Source of the DNA: Adineta vaga
Taxonomy: Eukaryota; Animalia; Rotifera
Assembly (NCBI GenBank): GCA_021613535.1
Contig: CP075492.1
Location: forward strand, 16,740,001 to 16,804,000
Reading direction: 5' to 3'
DNA: 64,000 bases
In this document: positions 48,223-61,212 of the stretch, in pieces
How positions within the stretch are numbered: the first letter of the stretch is position 1
Layout: each line of letters opens with the position of its first letter
Notes under the pieces: model-generated
The model's input: only the letters and a program-made list of their open reading frames with translations
The model's database searches: none
Told to the model about the DNA's origin: nothing
Translations under genes and position numbers: made by a program

Positions 48223-49839
48223 TTGAATAACTTATTTTACTAAAATAAAAATGAAAAATATGCAAAAATATTTCTCTAGATTTTGAACTATTCTAAGATA
48301 TATAACATAAAAAGTAATTGATAATGAAACTAATTATGCACGTATTTTTTCAAAAGGAAAAAAGCTAACTCCGGATTTGTAATACAAGCTGTAATACTCT
48401 TGAAGTCATGGAGTAAAGTCGAAAGGATTCAGAGAAAACTTAATGTGTTGGAGGCTAAAGTGGAGTATGCTCTGGAGTATCATCCAAAGTGAATTTTACC
48501 AGAGTAGTACTCCAGTAATCCCATCAGACTGGCGGATTTCAAGCGCACTCCAATACTCCAAGGCAACATTCCCGCACTACAATAATATTCCAGCGTGCGA
48601 AGTGATCCTAATCGAACTGTATCAATCTAAGAATCTTCGACCATTGATTAAGGCCAAATTTATATTGTTTTGGAGCATCGGAGTACAAAAAATCTCGGAG
48701 TGTCGATTCATGTGGATTCGTCTTTTTGAGATCTTGCGATTGATGAGAACCCATGATTATAAAAAACTTAACGAGAACAATCTTCTATTAAAATATATCT
48801 ATAATTTGTTCATTTTCTTATAGAAAATTTTAACAAGAATTTAACGATAAAAGGTAATCGTGGGTAAGGAGTTCGATCAGAATCTATGGTTAGTTTTGAT
48901 AAACTTCTATAGATAAAAAGTTTGATGATAATCCTAAAATATCATTTCTTTGATTTTTTTATTATGTTCGATAACTCATTTAACTTAGAGATTTAACGAA
49001 TATTTTACATTCTCTCTAGGAATATCTTTTTCTGTCTCCGTGTTTATATATTATCATGTTTTATATGAAACTTTTCTTACAGCATGATGTACAGAATACA
49101 CTGCAATAAAACTATCACATTATATCTTTACTTGATACAAACTTTCAAAGAAAATATAATCTTATAAAAGTATAGATGAAAAAGACTTTTGTCCGTAGGT
49201 GTATTAACAGAAATGGAATTAATATATCTCCTTGAGATAGAAATAACAAAAGTTTTAGCCCAATACATGAATGGTTCTCCAAGAAAACTAAGATTTTGGA
49301 AAAAAAATTGAAAATTTCCTGAATAGCTTGAAAAATTCATAACCCCTACTAAAAGCATTTTGGACACGAACGAAATTAGGATATATCACCCCTAACTATA
49401 CCCTATCTAATCATAGCATCCGCGGTTAAAACGGTTTTTGATAACCCGTGAAGTTTCCTCGTCAGTTTTACCAATTCCATTTAATACGAAAATTAAATGA
49501 TGATTAAAAAAGGCATTTTATTGATTATATCATATTCAAACTGTGTCAAAAAAGGTTGATCCTCATATATTGTCATATTAAGTGTTAAGAATTGAACTGT
49601 TGATCGAAAAAATAGTAAAAAAAATATCTCAAATTCATGATCATAGTGCTACATAACAAAGTATTTCACAATATTCTTTGCTATCAATATCAATTTCATT
49701 CTCATCATATAAATATGAATTTTCTAAATGCATCTAAAGAAAAAATAAAGAATTAATTTCTTCAACAAACTTTCAATCCTTATAAATTAGGTAAATGTTG
49801 AAGAATATTAAATATCGAATGAATGTTTAAAAGTATAAT

Positions 49840-49904
49840 TTGAGGGCGGGTGTGGATAAGATTGATCAATAAAAGTACCACTCATACACCCACCTCCACT
49901 CCCT
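49840..49904. repeat. Telomere-type inverted-repeat element
   Basis: ttgagggcgggtgtgg-N-tacacccacctccactccct. Confidence 0.65.
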
Positions 49905-50134
49905 AGGAATTGCATCCTGTCCCGTGCTCATCTCCGTTGCGCACGCACTCATACTCATACTCATACATAACATACTAATATCCACTAAATATATACATCA
50001 ACGACATCTTTCTGCACAAACAAACGATTCGTTACTTTTATATCATCGTAGTATCGCAAATTGCTTCTCATAACAAACAAAATATACGCAGCAGTTTGTA
50101 TTCTCAACAGCCATCCAAACAATCTAAAAACAAA

Positions 50135-53100
50135 ATGTACACATTTTTAACATTACCTATCGAACTCGTTTATCGAATTATGGATCACCAAAGTGATTTT
50201 ACACTGTTTTGTTCAATGCAAAATGTTTGTCAACGTTTTAATCAAATTCTTAACACTTATCATCGATACCAAGTAAGTTTGCTAAATGTTTAACTATCCT
50301 TTTGTCAGTTGTACTACACATGACTCTAGTGATATCTTGTTTTATGAATTTACATAAACACGAGACGAAGTAATTTCATGATCCTGAAGCAATTCGAAAG
50401 ACTGAGTCAACCATAACATTGATTCATGTTACGAAAAACAACCACTCCTTCATTCTTTTCGTTCTAACTCGCCGGATAAAACAAAATGAACTCTCTCACT
50501 AATCAGTTGTCATAACGATCATTACCAATCATTACGAAAAACAAAATATCCTTTTATTGAGTATCTTAGGTAAAAGTTAGATATATGTTTTACCGTCAAT
50601 AAACCCATACCACTCACGATGACTAATGTCTGGAAATTATCTATAATAATTCTCCATTCAATCATTTCATAGGTCTAAACTTGCAATTCTCTGTGTAGAC
50701 ACTTGATACATTAGATCTTACAGCGCAACAAATCCGTGATCTAGAAGGACAATATATTGGTAATGCATTACGCAACAACAAGGTAATATTCATTCACTGT
50801 TCATACAACTCCTGTTCATATTCTCTCTCACGTCTACAGACACTCATCACACTGGATCTCAGCCGAAATCTGATCGCCGATGGAGGGGTACAATATATTG
50901 CTGATGGTTTACGAACCAATACGGTAACATTCATTGAGTATTTACAGATTCACACGTTCATGCTATCTCTCATCTTCATAGACACTCACCACACTACATC
51001 TTCGCAAGAACCGAATCGATGATCAAGCAGCACAACATATTGGTGATGCATTGCGAATCAATAGAGTAATGCTCATTCGCTTTTCATAAAACTCATACAT
51101 TCACGTTCTGTCTTGTCTACAGACGCTCACTACATTGTATCTCAAAGGAAATCAAATCGGCCATCAAGGAGCACAACATATTAGTGATGCCCTGCGAATA
51201 AACAAGGTAATATTCATTTACTCTTCATAGAACTCACATATCCATGGTCTATTTTTCTCTTCTATAGACACTTATTACACTACATCTTAGCTTTAATGAA
51301 ATTGGTGATCAAGGTGCACAACATATTAGTAATGGATTAGAAACGAACACGGTTATATTCATTTACTATTCACAGAACTCAATCATGTTTTCTTTCTCAT
51401 ATACAGACACTCACCAGACTACATCTAAGTTCGAATCAAATTGGTCATGAAGGAGCACAACATATTAGTAATGCTCTGCGAGCGAATATGGTAATATTTA
51501 TTCACTCTTCACTGAACATACATACGTGTACTCTCTGTCTCGTCTACAGACACTCACCACACTATATCTCAGCGAGAATCAAATCAGAGATCAAGGAGCA
51601 CATTGTATCGGTGATGCCTTGCGATTGAACACAGTAATATACATTCATATTCTATTTTTCACAGAGTTGCTAAATTGAAATCTTTGAAATCCGGAGACTT
51701 TATTTCAAAGTTCGACAGCTATAAGATGATTTGTAACATGTAAGATTCAATCATTCTTTTTCATAACAGACATCCAAATAGGTTTCGACTTCACATTAAA
51801 AAAATGATAGTATCATGGGATTTGCAATGTGATCGAGACGACATGCGATTATGATCAGAAGATTTTGATAATGGAGAGGTTCAAACAAAGACACCCTATA
51901 AATCTACAACAAAATTCATCGTAGCTCTTTACAAGATCAGAAATTATTTTTTGTGCTTTTGCGATAAGGAACCGATATTTTATCTTAAAATGTAGTCATT
52001 ATAAGTGATTTTATAAGATTTACATAGCATGCTTGTATCCTATTAAATAAAGATTCATGATATTGATTGTGAAGAGTTCATATTATTATTTTCAAGAGAT
52101 GTTTCTTAAAATCAAAAGTTTGAAATACAGTAAAACCTCTGCATTTGCCGTAGCTAACGCTATAATCGTTACTGAAAGGTTTCATCATGTAGATTTTTGA
52201 TCTAGAGATCATTTTAGTTTTCAAAGTCCTAATTTTGTTTCAAATAGGTAGAATCAAGAGATTTTCTGTCAGGAGGAAAATAAGAAAATTTGGATGTGTG
52301 GTAACAATGGTCTTTTGTTAACAGACACTAATAAAACTAAAACTCGACAGTAATTATATCAGCAGTCAAGGGGCACAACATATTAGTGATGCATTGCGAA
52401 TCAACACGGTAATATTCATTTAGTTTTGACAAAACTCACATATTCATGTTCTGTCTGTTGTCTATAGACACTCACCATACTAGATCTCAGCCACAATCAA
52501 ATCGCCGATCGAGGAGCACATCATATGGGGGATGGCTTACGAATAAACACAGTAAGATTCATTCACTGTTTGTACAACGCAGGCATCTATGTTCTTTTTC
52601 TCTTTCGTTTAAAGACTCTCACCACGCTAGATCTAAGATATAATCAAATTGGCCATCAAGGAGTACAACAAATTGGTGATGCATTACGAACGAATATGGT
52701 AATATTTATTCACTTTTCACAGAAATCACGCATTCACGATCGCCCTTGCTTACAGACACTCACCACACTCGATGTTAGTTCGAATCAAATCAGTGATGAA
52801 GGAGCATATCATATTGCTGATGGCTTGCGAATAAACACGGCAATATTCATTTATTCTTCACAGAGCTCATATATCCATACTCTCTCTTTCGTCTACAGAC
52901 ACTTACCACACTACATCTCAGCGAGAATCATATTGGGCATGAAGGAGCAAAACATATTAGTAATGCTTTGCGAGTGAACACGGTAGCATTTATTCACTCT
53001 TCGTATAACTCACACACCCATGCTCTCTCTCTCTCTCACGTTTACAGACAGTCGCGACACTACATCTCAGCTATAATCAAATCTCCAATCGAGGAGGACA

Positions 53101-53853
53101 ACATATTAGTGATGCATTAAGAATCAACACGGTAATAATCAGTTACTGTTCATAAGACTTTTATTCATGTTCTCTGTCTTGTCCACAGACGCTCACCATA
53201 CTACATCTTAGTTCGAATCAAATTGCCGATGAAGGAGCACAACACATTAGTGATGCATTGCAAACGAACACGGTAATATGCATTCACTCTTCACAGTACT
53301 CACACACTCATGCTCTCTTCCTCGCGTCTATAGACACTAACCGCACTAGATCTCCGATACAATGAAATTGGAGATCTAGGTGCACAACATATTCGTGATG
53401 CATTACGAATCAACACGGTACTATTTATTTATTGTTTGATGAACTCACACATTGATATTTTGTCTCCCGTCTACAGACGCTCACCATACTACATCTCAGT
53501 TGGAATCAAATTGCAGATGAAGGAGCACAATACATTAGTGATGCATTGCGAACGAACACGGTATTACTTATTGACTCTTCATAGAATCCATACATTCATG
53601 CCTCGTCTCTCGTCTACAGACAGTCGTTACACTAAGTCTTTCTTGGAATCAAATCGGCGATCAAGGGGCACAACATATTGATGATACATTGCGAACGAAC
53701 ACGGTAATGTTCATTCAGTTTTGAGAGAAATTACATATTCATACTCTCTCTCCTCTACAGACACTCAGTACATTATATCTCGATAACAATCGAATCGGGC
53801 AACAAAGAGCTCAACATATCCAGTATACTTTACAAAATAGGATGGAAAGTTAG
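50135..53853 (+). CDS. F-box + RI-like (NLRC3-type) LRR protein with 18 single-LRR exons
   Basis: Exon 1 (50135-50272) has F-box FLTLPIELVYRIMD. Then 84-nt phase-0 exons (TLTTLxLxxNQIGxxGAQHIxDALRxNT) from 50699 to 53703 and a final exon 53761-53853. Confidence 0.85.
50699..53853 (+). repeat. Tandem array of about 140-bp exon+intron units, interrupted by about 650 bp of unrelated sequence (about 51660-52320)
   Basis: Both exons and introns (gtaatattcattcac...ctctcgtctacag) are mutually similar. Confidence 0.9.
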
Positions 53854-54369
53854 CTTTGGCCTGATGGAGATTGTCTCGTGATGTTTTTTTTGAATAAGTG
53901 TGTCATGGGAAGGAGATTTATAAGAAGAAATATATATCGTGTCCTAGGGAGTTGTGTTATTTAGATGATAAAATGTCTTGTTTTCAAGGCAAGATTTTCT
54001 GTCGGAAAAGTGAATTCGTGGTTAAAGTTCATGTAGATGTATAGCGTGCCTGTTAAAGCAAAGTGTCCTTTATGGAATAGAGTATAGCCAAAGGGAGAAA
54101 ACTGAATTTTTGATTGCACTGATTTTTCTTCTCATGATGACAATAACTCAATAACAAACAGATGGTGTTAATATATTTATGGACTATCATGCGATACCAA
54201 TAAAATCTCTATTGAGTTGATGAAAAATCATTTTTATTCTAAAATAATAAAAAAACAAGAGAAGATTGTTTTTGAATTTAAAATGATGGAAATTAAATTA
54301 ATGAGATAAATGCTTTCCTAATATAAATATAAAAGTCTTCTAAACGAAATATCGAATATTTCTTTTCAA

Positions 54370-54424
54370 TGGGTGAGGGTGTGGGTGTGGGTGCAGAGAA
54401 GAATATAACCCTCACCCACACCCA
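54370..54424. repeat. Telomere-type inverted-repeat element
   Basis: tgggtgagggtgtgggtgtgggtg-N-accctcacccacaccca. Confidence 0.85.
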
Positions 54425-54652
54425 CAAATAGGCATTTCTGCTACGTTACGTTGAATAGAGGACAAACTTTTTTGTTTATTTGCAAATGTATGAATTTCTG
54501 CATAGAATGAAAGAATCGAGGGAGTTACAATCGTGCATGTGTCTGAAACTTTACTTCATTTATAAAAACAACTGCAAATTCAGTTTCTATCGAAAGCACA
54601 AATATTTTACAGTGTACATTCTTTTTATACGCACGCGTCGAACAAAACAACT

Positions 54653-57600
54653 ATGGATAAACTGATCGCACATGCAACAGATTTAATTAATAAACTTCTG
54701 GATTCGATATCATGGGACTTTACAGGTCAAATGAAATCTCAATTAATCGATACACAAAATCTTCTTCAACAATTACACTACTCGACTTCAACTAACAATG
54801 ACTGGATTCGTTTATTTTGTCGACAACTAGAGCGAATCCTAAATCATTATGATTCCTTACCACCTGACTTTTGGTTCGAATTACATGATGATCTTCATTA
54901 TGTACTCGAGAAATTTGATAATGAACAGATTGAAACTACGAAATACATACGTTTTCTTGAGAGAATGAAGTTTGAAGCTGAATTAGAACATCGTGAATTA
55001 AAGTTCAATCAAATATTTGGCGAACGAAAGTTCTTACAACAGTTATTAGACGAAAAGCAAGAAGTTATCAAAGAATATCTTCGAAAGTGTATTTTCTTTC
55101 ATTCAAAAATACCAGTACGAACTATAGTTCAGAATTTGGACAATCTTCTTTGTAGTGATTATGGAATAGAGAAAGAATTAATCAGTTCGAAATCTCAACA
55201 AAAACTCGAAGAACAATTCAAGCTTATTGAAATACCTTTCGACTGTTTAAATCGTTCATTGAATAACGTTTCTCTTCCCTCTATCGAAGAAACACACATG
55301 TCCTCAACAAGCAATCATGATAATCTAAATAACTTTTTACCTTCACTTGAATCTATACGAGTCGACAGAGAAACGCCAGGTATCAACGTCACTGTGGCAT
55401 TAGAACATTGCCGATGGCTTGTAATATTAGGTGATCCAGGAAGTGCTAAAACAACTCTTCTTCGTTGGATCACACGTCGTTTTGCGGAAGCTGCCTACAA
55501 TAATGCTGAAGAAGTCGCTTTAAAAGAAACGGATAAACTTATCGATAGGTAACACTCCTACGTATATTCATCCTTGAAATATTACGTGATCAAATTTTGA
55601 TCATAGGTAATTTCTAAATCGTTTTAGAATATTTCTGTAACACATTCTTTCGAATGATAAATTCAAAATGAAAATTTCTATTCATTATATTTCAAATAAT
55701 ATCCTTGTAAGAAATATTTTGTATATGTTTTAGTCGGTTAGATCCTGTTCATTTACCAGTTCGTATTCCTATTTTGATTCGAATCGGTGAATTTATAGAA
55801 TGGATTGGTCAAGATCAAACAAGAACATTAATAGATTATATTGGCGAACATACATGGTTCTCACAACGTTATTGTTCTAGCGAAATTGGCTCTGTTTTGA
55901 GAGATTTTGTTTATCATGGCCATGCTTTAATTCTTCTCGACGGTTTAGATGAAATTCCTGAAATGAAACAAAGAAGCGAAGTTATTAATCATGTTCAAAA
56001 ATTTATTAATGAATACATTCAGGCACCTAATTTTATCTCTGCATTCGATGATGCTATTTTTACTGTGCAGTGGCCATATAGTTCTACTCGCATAAAAATA
56101 CTTGGCAGTCCATTACCATCAAAATCTGGTGGTAATCAAATTGTTCTTACTAGTCGGCTAATAGGTTATCAATTATATCCACTATTAGGCTTATCGATTG
56201 TACATTCAGCTCTTTCATTAATAAATCATATGGAAACAAAAGAATTTATTCGTACCTGGATATATCGAGTTGAAAGTGTTCTACAAGACATTTTGCGAAA
56301 CGAAGGTTTAGAAGTTGATAAGGAAAAACTTCAAATTTCATCAAGAAAAAGATATGATAATATAGAAACAATATTAAATAATTGTTCAGATTTATTTATG
56401 TCGAATCCTATATTATTATCTTTGATTTGTACAACTTTTTTTCAATCATCTAATGAATTTCTTCCGAAAACTCGAGTAGAAATCTACAATCGTGCTATTC
56501 AATCAACAATATCTTGTTGGACAAATGAACAATCTAATATTTCACAAGATATTTTATTTTATTTTTTCATTGATCTTGCTTGTTACCTTCATTTACAATC
56601 ACCATCTGGTCTTATTGATGCATTTGATATCAAACATTTATGTTATTTAAGTTTACAAAAACAAGGTTTATCTAATAATCATCGAGTTCTAAATAATTAT
56701 GTCGATAAACTCCTATTACTATTAAATTCAAATATTGGTATTGTTGTTGAACGAAGTTTACTCGTCTATAGTTTTTTACATTTATCTTTTCAAGAATATT
56801 TTGTAGCACAAAGTCTTCTTCGAAAATCTTCAATTCATGAAATCGTACAATGTATTTTTATAATTATTTTTAATTCTCGTTTTCGTGAATCCATTCATCT
56901 TGCTCTTAATTGGATTAATGAGAAATGGTCAAATGATGATTATGATCAATTCTATTTTCTTCTTATTTCTTCACAAACAGATTATGCTATTCCATATGGT
57001 ACTCTTCTCTTTTTTGATGCTTGTAAAATGATACAACGATTACCTTCTGATACAATTATTATTTTAGCATTAAATAATCTTTTAGATCATCCATCTCATA
57101 TCATTCCTTGTGCATATTTATCATCAAATTTATTCAAATTAAATGAACTTCTTATAGTTAAATGGATGAATTTATGTTTTCAAGATGATAAACGTTTTTT
57201 TAAATATTGTAAATGTTTATTAACAACATTTGGTGATAAATCTGATGTATTCAATTTTATTCCCTTACCATCTATAGTTTGTCAACAATTGAATCTGTTT
57301 CACAATATGAATACATCAACACAATTTATTATAGATCAAACTTTACGAAAACGTGGACGAACTAAACTAGATCAGATTTCTCATATTCTTCTCAAACAAA
57401 CAACTATTCATCCATTAATTATTTCTGTTCTTATTTGTCTTTGCAATGGAATTTGCTTTGAAGAATACGATAACGAATTAAAAATAAACTTTTCAAAAAA
57501 TGAATTCTATCGGCAGTCAAGAATTTTACCAATAATTCTCACATATTTACAGAATGATGAAGAATCATCGATAAGTAAAATTGAAAAACTTATTAAAGAT

Positions 57601-60600
57601 TTTGAAAATATTCTTGAAAAATCTTCTCCAAAAGATACTTCACTCGATGTTGTCGACACTTTCATTGCATTAATATGTTTAAAAAATTTATCAAATTTAT
57701 CAATTTATCAAAAGTATCATCATTATTTAGCACTTCCGATAGCATTAGAAAGATTTAAATGGTCATGGTTTTATTTAAGAAAATCATATAATAATTTATC
57801 GTATAATACAAAAGCGTTTGAATCGTATTTTACAAGAGAAATCAATGCTTTCTTAGATCAGTTTGTTAATGAACCAGATAATCAACGTTCTGCATTTTTA
57901 TTTCTATGTACAATGACATGGAATAAACTAAGTATCAATTCACTATCATATGAATCGAATATCAATGATCATTCTGTTAAATGGATTGATTTAAACAATA
58001 TGTCAGAAAATAGTTATTCATCAGATGAAATAGAAGAGAATATTTGTTTTTTATTCACATTTATTCCCGAATTTTTACAAGAATTATATTATAGAATATT
58101 TATTTTGTCAACGAAAAAAAGTAAATCATTCCCATTAATTATTTTACTGTCGGAATGTTTGATTTATTTCGAAAACAATCAACAAGATAAATGGAATTTT
58201 TATCTTGGTTTATCAACAATTGAATTATTATTTAAAAAGAATTTTTTAGACAATTATATTTCAGTTTTATTCTTAGAAAAACGAACTATTAATTATTCGA
58301 ATAATTATTATCAAAAAGAATTCAATAAAACAAGAAATAATCATTTATCAAATGATTGGCAAATACTTGTTGATATAGAACGTCAACGCATTCTTCAAGC
58401 AAATAATTTTCGTAATTCTGATGAACAAGATCAACGATTTTTTGCTGCATCAATTTCTCTCGCTCGACTTCTTCAAGTTAAATATCGTTCTCAGAACAAA
58501 TATTCAACAGAAGATTTCATTATTACAACATCAGAATGTAACGAAATCAATATAATTTTAATGCAAATATCCAATCTATTTTTACGAATTCTTGCACAAA
58601 TTATGATTATACATATGAATAAACCTTCGATTTATAATGATATTCAAAAACATCATATTCAATTGGAGATTATTAATCAAATTATATTTCTCTCGCCAAA
58701 TCTCTCGTTGTTAGAATTAACACTTATATATGTTCGATGTTATGAAATTGAACAAATTTTACCGATACCTTTTCAACAATTAACGATGATAATTGGTGAA
58801 AAACTTACAAAAAATATACAACATGATGAACATATTATTGTTTTTAATGTCTTACGATACTTATTGTACAATAATGATCTTTCATATTATCTTTCTAAAT
58901 TTGTTCAACAAAATGTAAATCTTTTGAACAATCTTCATTTTAACTCAACAAGATTTTATCATTATTTAAGTAATATAAAATCGTATACTTCTATTCTTTT
59001 TCCCATTATGTATTTGACTGAATTAAGTTTCGATGTACAAATTCTTCAAATATATACAAATAATCGAATTGAAAATAAACTAGAAAATTTACGATCATGG
59101 AAAGATTTTCAAGTTAAACAAATAATGACTGTAGAAATGGCATTATGGATTACAAACTATTTAAAAATATCCGATAGAAAAGATTTGGATGAAATACTTC
59201 GTAATATATCTCATTGTTTAATTATTGAAAAATATGCTTTATCAATTATTGAAAATTGGTTTGAATATGTTTCAAATAAAGAACTTGAATTTTTTGCACA
59301 ATATGCTGCTTTACAATTATTTATTCAAGGATCAAATAATCAACGTATATCAGATATTATTAAAACGATATTTATTACTGATTATGAATATCGTTTTAAA
59401 TATCTTCTAGAATATGTATTTGTTGTATCATCGGTTAATTTAATAAATCTTCATGAAATTATTATTTTAATAAATCAACATATTCATTATGCTTCACAAA
59501 TCTCTATTAAAATTATTCGAAACGATATATTAGAAATGTTTCTTAACTTAGAACTTGAACGTATTCAATCCAATAAATATCATATGAAAAAATCTTTTTT
59601 ATCATTCATAAAAATGAATTCAAATGATTTATATCTTTATTTTGAAAATTATCTTCATGAATTCATTGATAAATATGATAAAATAGAATATCTTTCTCTT
59701 ATTATCAAATGGATTATTAAATCAATTAATGAACATAATTATCAAGAAAATATTTATCAATATATTCTAACTAAAGAAAATTCTTACTTATCAAAATCAA
59801 TTTGTTATGCTTTCAATTCTGTATTAATTAAATCAAAAATATGTGAAGAAAATACATACATTTATAATGATCTTAGAAATTATTTAGAAACAATTATTTG
59901 TAGAAATAATCAATATGAAGATGATCTTTTAAATATATGTTTATTAACTTATGGTAATCTTTTAATTCAATTTAATATCAATCAAATAGAAAAGAATATT
60001 TCCGATGAAATACAAAATTCACTTCGTCAATTGATGAAGAATTCGTCTTTTAAATTGATTTCAATTCGATCTGCTTTTTGTTTAATATTTATTGAACAAT
60101 CAGATCTAACAGCAATAAGAATTTTACGTTGGTTTGAAAACAATTCGAATGTTAATTATGAAATGAAATATGATATATTATTACAACAAACATTATATAA
60201 ACAAATCATGTCTGTCTATTTTCAATCTAAAGATGATGTTGCTAAACATCTTGAAATACATTCTGAAAAGTTAATTGAAAAATTTATTTATGATCTTTAT
60301 AATGATTTATGTTATAAACAACATATTAATTATAATTTCTTTGATTATACACCAGATTATATTTCTATAGCATTAGAATTGCTTAAAAGAAATTGTAATC
60401 TATTCTTTCATATTTTAAACAACATTTCCTTTGAAAAAGAAAATTTATTAAATAAATTATATAATCAGTTTTATTGCGTAAGAAACTTTGTAGAAAATAA
60501 TAAGTTGATTAAATTCTATACTTATTTTGGTACTTTAACTGTCGAATTAGTACATATGTTAACATGGGTTACATATTTGCCAGATGATAATATATCCTCA

Positions 60601-61032
60601 TATTTTCGTTATATCAATGAAATTTCAGATCAAAATATTACTAATGAATTATTTCATGTTTTAAATCTTCTTTCTTATCATATGATTTCACAACGATTTA
60701 TAGATTTATTGAAATTAATTATTCATCTGGTAAAAAATAATCTTATGTCTATGGTTGAAGTTCAACAACGAATTGGATTATTTGTAAAAAGAATTTCTGA
60801 TGGAAATAATTCAACTAGATGGGAAAATGAGAAATATATCTATGATACTTTAATGAATTTAACTTCTTTAGAAAACAAAATTGTATTAAAATCAAATATT
60901 GATTTGATTACAGAAAATGAAATTCATCAACAATATGAAGGCATTTATCAAAAAATCACAAAAGAATCAAACTTATTTGTTAAAAGCAATTATTTCGTAA
61001 ATAACTTTCAAAAGAAGATGAAAGATTTTTGA
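54653..61032 (+). CDS. Large NACHT (STAND) NTPase with long helical C-terminus, 2 exons (intron 55549-55733)
   Basis: Walker A VILGDPGSAKTT, RIPILIR, Walker B LILLDGLDEI, LTSR, NPILLSLI, FLHLSFQEYFVA. The phase-2 intron joins the two ORFs in frame. Confidence 0.9.
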
Positions 61033-61164
61033 GACAGTTTTTTTTTCTTTTATATACTTCATTTTTCTATGTAACAATCATCAAAAGCATAAAGTCAGCA
61101 GAATATTTTTTGACAAAATCAGAAAGGACAGTTTTCAAAAACAATAACTGATGGTTACTATACT

Positions 61165-61212
61165 ATCTTGAGGGTGGGTGTGGGTATTACATTTATCTAA
61201 CACCCACATCCT
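61165..61212. repeat. Telomere-type inverted-repeat element
   Basis: atcttgagggtgggtgtgggt-N-cacccacatcct. Confidence 0.75.

Noticed and set aside
50699-53853. Regular repeat-spacer pattern resembling a CRISPR array
   Set aside because: The units are LRR exons with GT-AG introns, and there are no cas genes in this eukaryotic context.
2283-61212. Palindromes as bacterial rho-independent terminators or true telomeres
   Set aside because: The locus is eukaryotic, there is no consistent U-tract or orientation to gene ends, and the arms are only 2-6 repeat units and interstitial.
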